A DNA stretch of 64,000 nucleotides from Azolla caroliniana (Eukaryota > Plantae > Polypodiophyta), in contig JBHGNT010000001.1 in the NCBI GenBank assembly GCA_043228905.1, positions 14,942,001 through 15,006,000 on the forward strand, written 5' to 3'. A program made the translations under genes and the position numbers. The notes under the pieces were generated by a model. The model saw only the letters and a program-made list of their open reading frames with translations, searched no databases and had not been told where the DNA came from. Shown in pieces: positions 12,338 to 23,711 of the stretch; position 1 is the stretch's first letter; every line of letters starts with the position of its first letter.

Positions 12338-12390
12338 AGTGGACTATTGAAGCATGGGGCACAAATAGTCCAAGCAATCAAAAGTCCCCA
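12328..12390 (+). promoter_or_regulatory. predicted -1 ribosomal frameshift cassette of gypsy C
   Basis: G_GAT_TTT_TAG, then stem TGGACTATT (12340-12348) pairing with AATAGTCCA (12364-12372). Loop TGGGG is complementary to CCCCA (12386-12390) and the -1 frame is open. Confidence 0.75.
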
Positions 12391-13513
12391 CAAGAAAGTA
12401 GAGCGTGTGGATTGCAAGGAGAAGCAACATGTGTCACACCTAGTGGCGCATGTAAACTAGTACTACCCAACAAGAAGGACAAGCGTTGGATACAAGACTT
12501 CAAGAAGATGCTGAAAGAAGAAAACATAATCGAAGAAGAAGAATTCGTGACTCATATTATGGAAGAGGCCTCATTTAACGACACCATCGGCGAAATCGAG
12601 GAAGTCGTGGACTTGAGCTATCTTCACGAACAACATGTGATTTCGGTTAACTCCGCCAACATGTACGCTATCATCGATGAATACCATCGACGCATCTTGA
12701 TGAAGGAAGCTGAAGTCAACACAAAATATAAAACGGTGGTAGGAAGATCAAGCCAGTTGCGGTTCTGTTACCGGAAGATAACTGGCAAAAGATGAAGAGA
12801 GCACACCTACTTAAGCTGATAGAGCTCTTAAAGGAGAAGGTGAATATGGGGATTCCGGTGTCGTAAAGAAAACCGGCCATAGGCGGAATCGAAGAAAAAG
12901 GCGCATGAACCGGCTCTTACAGGGGTGGACGCGAGGATTGATATATTGTACATAATTCGTAATTAGGGCGACTGGTGTAAATACTAGGTAGCACATTTAT
13001 TAGGGGATTTTGTGCGTATCTCTGTCGACAGGGACAAAAAATAAAGCAATTTGGCTAAGGAAAAGGGGGGAACTATTTTAAGGAGGGAGAGGAAAAAGGA
13101 ACAGGTATCGCGTGCTAGGGAGGACGAAGTGCTGCTGCAGTTCTGAGTGCCGAGCTCTCTCTTCTCCTCCGGCCGTCGGTGTCTGTGGGTCGGAAGCTCG
13201 CTGCCTCTGCTTCGTGGATAGCCTGTGCGCTTCCAGCAGAGGCTCTCCCCCTTTTGTTTGTTTTTAGGAGTCGAGCGAGTGCTGTGTGTGTGCCTTGCCA
13301 GTTGTAACCGTTAGAGTCGTATTCTCTTGTTATTGTATTCTCTTGTCATGGTAAACTCGTGTTATTGAAATCGAGTGTTACGTTCTATATCTCTCCTTCT
13401 CGCTCTGCGTATCTACAAATCTCTCTCTCTCCCTCTCTCTCTCTCTCTCCTCGGTTCAAGACCCCCGTGGTCCCGCCCCTTCTACACGCGCGCTCGTAAC
13501 AACGCGACATATT

Positions 13514-13532
13514 TGGTGAACCCGACGTGAAT
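13514..13532 (+). promoter_or_regulatory. PBS of D, complementary to the tRNA-Trp(CCA) 3' end
   Basis: TGGTGAACCCGACGTGAAT is the reverse complement of ATTCACGTCGGGTTCACCA, the recalled plant cytosolic tRNA-Trp 3' end. Confidence 0.8.
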
Positions 13533-15681
13533 GGGGCGGCAAAGGAGTCGAAAGATGAGGGGATCGGAGCTAGCAGAGGCAATGGCAGTGGCCGTCGACC
13601 GACTGGTGAGTGCTCGTGAGGGGACGAGTACCCTCGACAGAGCCATTGAATCGATCGTCGGCTCTATAGGCCGTTTCGGAGGGAAAGACACCACAAGTTA
13701 TTTGGAGGCTTACCAGGCCGAAATGATCATGAGGGATATCCCGGTGGATAGGCGGCTGTCTGGATTTCCTCGGGTGGTGACGCCGGGCATCCACGCGGAG
13801 GTGCTGGCCGGATGCCAGACTTGGGAGGAGTTCGAGCTGCAGCTCCTTGAGAAGTACGGGTTTGAAGACTCGCTTCGGCTGTCGAGGTGGGACTTCATGG
13901 TGTGGGTGGAAAGCCCCGAAAAGGGAAGGAACACGTCGGTGCTCCTCCAGGAGTTCGAAAAACGGTTCGCGCGACTGTCGACGCTGGACCGGACGGTGCT
14001 CGAAACAAGTCGAGTACTGCTGTTTGTCATGTCGGTGGACGTGCTCGATAGGGAAAAGGTGGGTCCCCTATTGGAAACAGACGAAGGGCTCACGACAGAC
14101 TGGATTGTGGTAAAACGGGTTTGCAGCCGTTTTGACAAACAACGCGATTGGAGCGACGGAAGCTCGTCGGGGTCAGGGCCGGTCTCGGGGAGGAGGCCCG
14201 AGGAGCCGGTATCGGTGCCGGCCGGAAGGAAGGAAGAGACCAAATTCTGGCCAAAGTCGGGGTCGGCATTGAATGACATGGTCAGAGGCCCATCCGGAGG
14301 AGTGGCTCTAGAGGAGTTGACACAGATGGTGCGTGACCTGCAGATCGCACAGGCCCGGAGAGACAATGGCGAACAACCTCGCGACCGGAGGCCACCGGCT
14401 GGGCAGCGGTGCATGTGGTGTGACGCGATAGGTCACATTCGGAAGGATTGCGCGGATTTCGCCGACACACTCAGGACCAACGTGGTGTACCTCTGGAACG
14501 GGCAAGTGCACGCGAGTGAGACCCGGAGAGCCCTAGAACTGAATACGGGGCGCGGCGGAATGAAGAGGTTGATGGAAGAGGCCGTGGCACGGCACGTCGA
14601 AGCCATTAACTACTCAGTGTCAGCAGGAATCCGGGTCGGGGGTGATGAGACCCGGAAGGCGAAGGACTCCGGATTCAAGCCGCTAGTGCTAGAAGGCCTC
14701 TCCGGAGTTCGGCTAAAGAAGGAGGAGGTGGACCGCTCGGAACAGCGGGTCCAGGAGGTCACCGGTTGGGACGATCCGGTCGAAGAGAAAACGGGTTTCG
14801 TAGAAGCCGCTTGCCAGAACTACGAGGTTCTAGTGGAGGACAAACGGGCAGGAGAGGCTGGAGGGGTCGGTCCCCCGCAGAGGTATGAGACCCGGTTCGG
14901 ACCGAAACCGACCGGTGCTAGCAACCCAAGCACACCGGATGGAAAGAAGCAGGCGGGGTTTCAGTTGAGTACCGAAATTGAAAGGACTACAGACCTGCAA
15001 AAGGTCCTGGAGGAACGTATCCTCGACAGCAAAGTGGAGCTGTCATTGCGGGAGGTGCTGGGAATTGCCAAGAGGGAGTTCCACGACTCTATTGTAGACT
15101 TGGTGAAGCGGAAGAGGCTCTCGACGGAGCCGGAACCAGAGAAGCCGGTGGAGGTGCGGACAACGCACCTGGAAGATGAAGCCCTAGAAGACGAGCTGGC
15201 GGGAAGCCACTACACGAAGTCGCATTGGGCCAGGGCAACTACGGAAACCCCTCTACGGATTGGCAACATTCTGGAACCGGTGGTGGCATTGGTAGACCAT
15301 GGATCCGAAATCAACCTGATGTCCATGGATTTCGACAAGAAGGGTAAATGGCCGACCAACACCAAGCACGGCTGGAAGATACGGGCAGCGACACGCGCCA
15401 CGGAAGAACTACATGGGGCCTGTCCGAACATACGGGTGAAAATCGGTGATGTCGAGATTGACCAACACTTCTTCGTGCAGGAGACGTCCTCGCATCCGGT
15501 TATACTAGGAGAGCCATATATCACGGCGGCACGGATGGAGACCAAGGTGCTGGATAATGATTCAACCTATGCAAGAGTCAAGAGCCAGGACGAGCGTCAC
15601 TCGGTCCAGTTCCTAACGGTGCGACCAAACCACGAGCATAACCGCGAGGCCCTCGGCGGCAAAACCCGAGGGGATTTTTAG
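13531..15681 (+). CDS. gypsy D Gag-protease, uninterrupted 716-aa ORF
   Basis: Knuckle CMWCDAIGHIRKDC and aspartic protease ALVDHGSEIN...VILGEPY; ends at GGATTTTTAG. Confidence 0.88.
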   Translation: MGRQRSRKMRGSELAEAMAVAVDRLVSAREGTSTLDRAIESIVGSIGRFGGKDTTSYLEAYQAEMIMRDIPVDRRLSGFPRVVTPGIHAEVLAGCQTWEEFELQLLEKYGFEDSLRLSRWDFMVWVESPEKGRNTSVLLQEFEKRFARLSTLDRTVLETSRVLLFVMSVDVLDREKVGPLLETDEGLTTDWIVVKRVCSRFDKQRDWSDGSSSGSGPVSGRRPEEPVSVPAGRKEETKFWPKSGSALNDMVRGPSGGVALEELTQMVRDLQIAQARRDNGEQPRDRRPPAGQRCMWCDAIGHIRKDCADFADTLRTNVVYLWNGQVHASETRRALELNTGRGGMKRLMEEAVARHVEAINYSVSAGIRVGGDETRKAKDSGFKPLVLEGLSGVRLKKEEVDRSEQRVQEVTGWDDPVEEKTGFVEAACQNYEVLVEDKRAGEAGGVGPPQRYETRFGPKPTGASNPSTPDGKKQAGFQLSTEIERTTDLQKVLEERILDSKVELSLREVLGIAKREFHDSIVDLVKRKRLSTEPEPEKPVEVRTTHLEDEALEDELAGSHYTKSHWARATTETPLRIGNILEPVVALVDHGSEINLMSMDFDKKGKWPTNTKHGWKIRAATRATEELHGACPNIRVKIGDVEIDQHFFVQETSSHPVILGEPYITAARMETKVLDNDSTYARVKSQDERHSVQFLTVRPNHEHNREALGGKTRGDF

Positions 15682-15737
15682 AGAGGGCTATCAAGGCATG
15701 GGGCCGCGATAGTCCGGACACTCGGGAAGAACCCTGC
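15672..15737 (+). promoter_or_regulatory. predicted -1 ribosomal frameshift cassette of gypsy D
   Basis: G_GAT_TTT_TAG, then stem GGGCTATC (15685-15692) pairing with GATAGTCC (15708-15715). Loop GCATGGGG can pair with CCCTGC (15732-15737) and the -1 frame is open into pol. Confidence 0.75.
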
Positions 15738-18700
15738 AAATGTATAGTACGGAAGAAGACCTGTGTCAGTGGCCGGGAGAGGAAGCAAGCGGAGGCGCGG
15801 CTCAAGGGATGCAGAGTCCTCTTCCCCGACGAAGACATTAGCGGCGCCGTGGAGGCGGTCTCTTTTGACGACACCTTGGGCGAACTGCGAAAGGTGATCG
15901 GTGAAGACCTTAGAGAAGATCGGGCCGTTCCGGTAAGGTCAATGGGAATGTACGAAGTCATCGCGGACTTCGGGGGAAGGATCGGGTCGGATCGGACGGC
16001 CTACGTAGATACAAAGTACAAGACTGTGGACTTGAAGGTGAGGCCAGTCGCGGCACCCTTGCCGGAGGGCAGCGAGGAGTGGATAAAAGGGGTCGCATCG
16101 GACCCAAGTTTAGGGAATTAGGCTAGCATAGGGCACCGGTTCACTGACATAACGCTACGGGAGCTCAAGGTCGGTGGGGGCGGCTTTCTACTACCGGCGG
16201 AGGAGGACCGGTTTCGGAGAATGCTCGGGGGGCACGGGAAGGCTTTCGCATTCTCACCGGAGGAGATCGGGTGCGTAGACCCGACAGTTGTCGAACCGAT
16301 GGTGATCTTCACGGTACCGCATGTACCGTGGAATCTCAAGCCGATTCCGGTGCCGAGAGCTCACATCCCGAAGTTGATGGAGCTCCTGAAGCAAAAGGTG
16401 GAGATGGGCATCCTCGAACCATCGAGTGCCCCGTATTCGAATCGGTGGTTTACGCTGATGAAGAAGAACGGCACGCTGCACTTCATTCAGGACTTGCAGC
16501 CGGTCAACAAGGTGACCATCCGTAATGCCGGAATCAGACCGACCATAGACGAGTTCGCGGAGGCCTTCGCTGGAAGGTCGATCTCTTTTGTCGGTGATCT
16601 GTACTCGGGGTACGATCAGTTCTAACTAGCCGTGGAGAGCAGAGACATTACGACGATGCAGACTCCTCTCGGCCTAGTGCGGATGTGTACCCTGCCACAA
16701 GGAGGGACGAACTCAGTGGCTCACATGGTGAACGCGATGAACAAAGTGCTTAGGGATTGTATCCCGGACATCACCATGCCATTCTTAGAGGACATCCCGA
16801 TCAGGGGATGCCCGGTGGAGGAAAAGGATGAGGCAATCGGGCAAGATGGATGTCGGAATTTCGTGGCGTCCCACATCGATGACTGCGAGAAGGTGCTGCA
16901 AAGACTAGAAGGCGCGAGGCTCACCTTCCCCGGGGAAAAGTCGGCCTTCGGGCAATCAGAGATCATGTCGTCGGGCACCTATGCGGACCATACAGTCAGA
17001 AACCGTCTCCGGCAAAGGTGGAAGCCATCTCCGCGATGAAGCATGACTGCAATTCGGTCACGGAGGTCCGCAGATTCTTGGGAGCATGTGCGTTCTACCA
17101 CATCTGGATCCCGCACTACGCACATGTCGCGGAACCCCTCTACTGACTATTGAAAAAGGGGCGTAGCTTTGAGTGGAGAACGGAGCACACGGAGTCGGTA
17201 CGAAGACTAAAGGAGGCGCTTACGGTAGTGCCGGCTCTCCGTAAAGCGGTTTACGGCAAGGATGTTCCTATCTGCGTGACGGTGGACACCAGCCTGACCG
17301 GGATCGGGTGGGTGATCAGTCAGGAGGACAAGGACGGCGTACGATTCCCGATCTCGTTCGGGGAGAAGGTATTGAGCGAGCGGCAGCGAGGATACGCCCA
17401 AGTTAAGCGCGAGCTTTGGGGTGTCGTTTCGGCAGTCAAGGCCGACAAGGATTTTCTGATCGGGATGGAGGTGATCATCGAGACGGACTGCCTGTCGATA
17501 CTCGGCATGGTTTCCGGATGCGCGACGTCGGACCTAGCAATGCTCCGGTGGATAGCGTACATTAAGTCCATGAACTCGGAGATACGACACATCTCTGGAA
17601 AGGACAACGCCATGGCCGACATGCTTTCGAGGGCAAGGTTCAACGAGGAAGACGACATGGTTTCGGCGAGGACTTGTTCGGGTCTGCTAACGTAACGACG
17701 AGGAAAGGGAACACTCCGGCGCTTAACGAATTTGACGAAAGCAGGTACGACGGGGAGTGGCTCCAAATCAGGAGGTTCCTATGGACGATGACACCGGACG
17801 CAACGTGGGCGAGAGAGGAGGTGAACCGGGTACGGAAGAAGGCATACCGATTCTTCCTGCGGGACGGTTGCATATGGAGGCACCCAAAGAAGAGTAGTGG
17901 CATCCCACTCCGAGTAGTGGCAAAGAAAGAAGAACAGGGGAAACTACTGGCGGCATTTCACGAGAGCCCCTGGGCCGAACACCGCGGAACATGGGCCACG
18001 TTCGAGAAGCTGAAGGAGAAGTACTGGTGGCCGGGGCTGTACCAGGACATGCATGAGTTCGTAACGACTTGCGAAAGCTGTCAGATGCACTCCGTAGTCC
18101 GACACCGGGACAAGCTACACCCGACCTACCCGCCTACGGTCCATTTCAAGTGGATGATAGACTTGGTGACGATGCCGATGGGGGTAGGACAGATGAGATA
18201 CCTGGTTCTTGCACGGGAAGACTTAACGAACCAGGTGGAAGGCCGTGCACTCCAAAGCAAGACAACCACAACGGTATGCCGGGTCCTGATCGAAGAAGTA
18301 GTGTGCTGGTACGGGTGCGTCGGGAGGATCGTGGTGGACCGGGGAGAGTTGGATGCGCGGGAGGCTGAGGAGCTGTTCGACCGGCTAGGCGTCAAACTCT
18401 CCCTCTCTACGGCGTACAATCCGGAGGCGAATGGAAAGGTGGAACGTGGGCACGGGCCGATCGTAAAGGCGTTGGTGCATGCATGCGGTGGACAGGTTGG
18501 GAATTGGCCACGACTCCTTCCTTACACACTATGGGCGGACCAAACTACGCACAGTTCGGTGACAGGGTTTATGCCGGCGGAGCTGATGTACGGACAGAAG
18601 CCGATCATGCCGGTGGAACAGACGGTTTCTTCATGGGCGACAGTAGATTGGAAGGACGAAATGAGCCGGGAGGAGTTGCTGGCGGCGCGGATTCGGCAAC

Positions 18701-19095
18701 TCGAGCGGAGGCCGGAGGACGTGATACAGGCAAAGGAAAAGCTACGAGCGGCAAGGGAGCGGAACAAGACCCGGTTCAACCGGACACACCGATTGCAACC
18801 AAAGAAGATCGAGGAAGGCGACTGGGTCTTGGTATACGACAACAGCCTCGACAATCAGCACAAGGCGGTGCGAAAGTTCGCTAGGATATGGTTCAGGCCC
18901 TACACGGTGACGAGCGCGAACGACAACGGCATGTACCACCTTGCAGAACTCGACGGTACACGGTTAGTGGTGCCGGTGGCCGGGAAGCGGATCAAAGAGT
19001 TCAAGAAGCGGCTCGAAGACGAGCCGGAGCCGGCGAGCGAGAGTAACGACGATGATCAATTCGGGTCCGACAGAGAATCAGAGAACGACGAGTGA
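15672..19095 (+). pseudogene. gypsy D pol (RT, RNase H, integrase), disrupted
   Basis: RT (FIQDLQPVNK, LPQG, FLED), RNase H (VDTS, KRELWG, ETDC) and integrase (HESPWAEH..CESC, WMIDL, VVDRG, ANGKVER). Confidence 0.9.
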
Positions 19096-19825
19096 AGCCG
19101 GTTTTCTTCGGTGTCTACCCGTCTCTGGCGCATGCCGGTGGATGCGCGGTTTGGTGGGGGTGGATGTCGTAAAGAAAACCGGCCATAGGCGGAATCAAAG
19201 AAAAAGGTGCATGAACCGGCTCTTACACGGGTGGACGCGAGGATTGATATATTGTACATAATTCGTAATTAGGGCGACTGGTGTAAATACTAGGTAGCAC
19301 ATTTATTAGGGGATTTTGTGCGTATCTTTGTCGACAGGGACAAAAAATAAAGCAGTTTGGCTAAGGAAAAAGGGGGAACTATTTTAAGGAGGGAGAGGAA
19401 AAAGGAACAGGTATCGCGCGCTAGGGAGGACGAAGTGCTGCTACAGTTCTGAGTGCCGAGCTCTCTCTTCTCCTCCGGTCGTCGGTCTCTGTGGGTCAGA
19501 AGCTCGCTGTCTCTGCTTCGTGGATAGCCCGTGCGCTTCCAGCAGAGGCTCTCCCCCTTTTGTTTGTTTCTGGGAGTCGAGCGAGTGCTGTGTGTGTGTG
19601 TGTGTGAGTAGGATCCCTGTGTCGGGCCCATCGCCGCCTTGCCGGTTGTAACTGTTAGAGTCGTATTCTCTTGTCATGGTAAACTCGTGTTATTGAAATC
19701 GAGTGTTACGTTCTATATCTCTCCTTCTCGCTCCGCGTATCCACAAATCTCTCTCTCTCTCCTCGGTTCAAGACCCCCGTGGTCCCGCCCCTTGTACACG
19801 TGCGCGCGTAACAACGCGACACCGG

Positions 19826-22517
19826 AATAGTTGAATGCTCCTTATTCTAATAGGTGGTTCACGGTGCCGAAGAAGAAGGGATCATTGCGATTCATCCAAG
19901 ATCTTAAACCCGTCAACAAGGTGACAATTCGAAATGCTAGAATCGGTCCAAGTGTGGATGAATTTGCCGAAGCATTTGCGGGTCGGTCCATCTACTCCAT
20001 TGGCGATCTCTACTCTGGATACGATCAATTCCAGTTGGCGATCGATTGTCGTGATATTACAACCATGAGGACTCCGATCAGGCTTGTGCGGATGTGTACC
20101 TTACCTCATGGTGCAACGAACTCGGTGGCTCATATGGTGAATGGCATGAACAAGGTCTTGAAGGATTCCATCACGGGCATGACGATGCCATTCTTGGATG
20201 ATATTTTGATAAAAGGATGTTCGGATGAGGAGAAGGATGAATCGAAAGATAAGGAAGGGTGTAGAAAGTTCGTCATGGATCACATGAAAGATTGCGAGAA
20301 GGTGCTCCAAAGGCTCGAAGATGCGAATTTGACAGTTTCAGGAGAAAAATCCACATTCAAGCAACCGGAGATCTTGGTGGTAGGTCACTTGTGTGCAACA
20401 TACGGCCAGAAGCCTTCGCCATCCAAGGTGAACGCCATCCAGGACATGAAAGAAGAATGCGTAACCCAAACGGAGGTTCGAAGATTCCTTGGAGCATGCG
20501 TGTTTTATCATATCTGGATTCCACACTACACTCATGTCGTCGAGCCATTATATGGATTGCTAAAGAAAATAATGAGGTTCGAATGGTGAGACTAGCATAC
20601 AAATGCGATGCAAATATTGAAGAAACTACTAGTTGAAGCTCCAACAGTAAGGAAGGCCGACTATACCGAAGGAAAGATGATTTATGTGACTGTAGATACG
20701 AGCCCAACCAGAATCGGGTGGGTCATCAAGCAAGAAGGAGATGATAATGCGCGGTATGCCATCCGGTTTAGAGAAAGGTTCTTAGTGAACGACAACAAAG
20801 ATACACCCAAGTCAAGCGAGAGCTTTGGGGTATTGTGTCTGTAGTGAAGATGGACAAAGACTACCTGATCGGGTCGGAAGTCATAATTGAGACAGATTCT
20901 CTCCCAATCCTCAGGATGATCTCAGGATGTGTGACATCAGATCTAGCTATGCTAAGGTCGAGTGCCTATATCAAGTCTTTAAACCCAGAGATCTGCCACA
21001 TTACAGGAAAGAAGAATGCCATGGCTGACATGCTGTCGAGGGCAAGATTTGAGAATGAAAGTGACATGGTTTCGGAAGATGAAGACGTCACCCTCGAGTT
21101 CTTCAAGATGGCTTGACTATCGGCGGAAGACAAGGACACGCTAATCCTCCACGCCTTCAACGAGGACGAGTACGAAGGAGAGTGGTTACTGATCGACAGA
21201 TTCTTAAGAACAATGACGACGGATGCTTCGTTGACAAAAGAGGAGGCTCTATGAATCTGGAAGAAAGCTTACCAATACTTCCTGAAGGGAGGATTCCTCT
21301 GGCGACACCCAAAAAGAAGGACAAGAATGCCACATCGAGTGGTGGTGAAGAAAGAAGAGCAAGTGACGCTGATGACCGAATTCCACGAGAGTCCTTGGGT
21401 GACATTTGAAAAGTTGAAGGAAAAGTACTGGTGGCCAAGCATGTACAAAGATGTACTCCATTTTGTGTCCACATGCGAAATTTGCCAAGTACATTCGAAC
21501 ATCCGTCATCGTGATGAGTTACGGCCGACATACCTACTCACCATACACTTGAAATGGATGGTGGATCTAGTCTCGATGCCAATGGGAGTGGGTCAAATGA
21601 AGTACTTAATTCTAACAAGAGAAGACTTGACAAATCAAGTGGAAGGACGTGCCTTGGCAAATAAGACGACGTCAGCTCTTTGCAAATTTCTACTCGAAGA
21701 GGTTGTTTGTCGATATGGATGTGTGGGAAAGATAGTGCCCGGCCGAGAGAAGTTGGATGCACACAAAGCAACAGAGCTCTTTGAACGACTAGGCGTGAAG
21801 CTCTCCCTCACGACTGCCTACAATCCAGAAGCGAATGGGAAGATCGAGTGAGGGCATGGAACAATCGTCAAAGCCATCGTACGAGCATGCAACAGTCGAG
21901 TCGAGAACTAGCCATGACTATTGCCCTATGCCTTGTGGGCCGATAGAACTACACACAGTTCAGTGACAGGGTATATGCCAACGACGCTTATGTATGGACA
22001 GAAGCCCGTAATGCCCATTCAAAGGACGATCGCATCATGGGTAGTGATACCATGGGAGAACGAGATGAGCCGAGAAGAATTACTAGCGGCACGGATAAGG
22101 CAGGTTGAAAGAAGGCCTGAAGATTTAGAAAAAGCACAAAAGATGATGGAGGCAGATCGAGTGAGGAACAAGATTGGGTTTGACAAGACACATTGACTGC
22201 GTCCCAAGAAGATCAAAGAAGGAGATTGGGTATTGGTCTACGACAACAACCTTGATAATCAACATAGGACGACAAGAAAGTTCGCAAGAAGATGGTTGAG
22301 AACATATGTGGTGACAAGTGCCAACGACAATGCCACATACCACCTTGCGGAGCTAGACGGATCAAGGTTGGCCATACCCATTGCAGGAAAAAGAGTAAAG
22401 ATTTTCAAGAAAAGACAAGACGAGGATCCTGACCTCGATCACCTCAACGATGAAGATAGTAGGACTGAACCAACATACTTGAGTTATGTGAACGAGGACA
22501 TGGAGGAATCTGATTGA
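19826..22517 (+). pseudogene. gypsy C pol (RT, RNase H, integrase), continuation after D
   Basis: Contains APYSNRWF, FLDD, VDTS, WMVDL and ANGKIE; collinear with D pol. Confidence 0.9.
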
Positions 22518-22589
22518 GCACCGTAACTGAAATCTCACACTCTCTCTCCTTGGCACGTATCGGAGGACATGCGGTTTGGTGGGGGTGGA

Positions 22590-23662
22590 TGTCGTGAAGA
22601 TTTTCAGCAACGGTGTGAAAATTACATGGAATGTACAAAATCAAGTGTGGTTCTTCACACACAATATGAAACAATGATAGTGAAGATATTATTTTATATT
22701 AATTTAATATCTTGGTACGAAAAGATAGATGTCTTCAAGAGCTTTCGAATGTACTTTACTACGTTTGAAATAGACAACTAAATGTCAAGTTATGTGAGTG
22801 TGAAGTATGAGAAAAAGAAGAGTAATACAAAGCTGTGAGATATCCCACATAGATAGGTCACCATTCGGATTTAAGGGTATATAAGTAGAGCTATATCTCT
22901 TCATATTTCATCTATGTGTTAGGAGCACAAAAGGGTTGGGTTGTATAACTTGGATGATTGGATGAGGCAAGTTGTTCAAATTTGTTTTAGACGGCGACGG
23001 AACCGGATCCGGAATGGTCAGGTAGATTTCGACCGGACCGAATGGAATGCGGATCGAACTGGTCTGGACGGACGAGACCGGATTAGTTGGGTCGGTCGAA
23101 TAGGTTGATTGTGACACACGCTGTCTTCAAAATTTTCGGCGTGAAACGAAAAGCCAAGTCATTTCTTTAAGTTATATTTTTATCATTATACTTTCACATG
23201 TAAATTCTCATGCATGAGAGCTTAAATGAGTGACATGGTTATCATGCAACACATGTAATGCATGAGCGCCAAATGACAAACATGCATCTCATACATTTTA
23301 TGCAATACATGCATGTCTTGCACCCTCACATGCATCATATGCATGGGAGCATCTATAAAAGAGTGGATGGAGAAGAAAAACGAGCGGGGTATGAATCAAG
23401 AGTTTAATAAGAAGAAAATCTGTTATCCAATTGATGATATATCTTGTTCTTCAAATCTAAAGTCAAGAGTTCAATCTTAATCTCTCTCTCCATTTCAATC
23501 TTTCTTAATCTGGTTTCAAAATTGGAATCTTAATCTCAATCTGTCTCTCAATGTATCTTAAATCCTTTCTCGCTAAAGCTAGTGCAAACTTCGAATCCTT
23601 CCCGTCTAGGACCCCGGGGGTTCCGCCTCACGATCCGCATGTAGTGACGGATCTTCACGACA
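22590..23662 (+). repeat. second LTR of gypsy C (followed by a second PBS at 23671)
   Basis: Matches 8974-10087 and is preceded by PPT TTGGTGGGGGTGGA. Confidence 0.93.
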
Positions 23663-23711
23663 TAATTAAGTGGTGAACCTGATGTGAAAGAGGCGGAAGG
23701 AAGGATCAAGT

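Larger units (their letters stand above)
12859..19821 (+). mobile_element. Ty3/gypsy LTR retrotransposon D, full length, same lineage as C
   Basis: LTRs 12859-13509 and 19165-19821, PBS 13514-13532, PPT 19151-19164 and a 4-bp TSD CCGG (12855-12858, 19822-19825). Confidence 0.96.
8974..23711 (+). mobile_element. Ty3/gypsy LTR retrotransposon C (tRNA-Trp PBS lineage), interrupted by D
   Basis: LTRs 8974-10087 and 22590-23662, PBS 10096-10113, PPT 22573-22589. Gag-PR is followed by RT-RNase H-integrase. Confidence 0.93.

Noticed and set aside
13710-14414. 234-aa antisense ORF, and similar shadow ORFs across the TE coding regions
   Set aside because: They lie opposite GC-rich gag/pol frames, have no recognisable motifs and are not conserved in element C.
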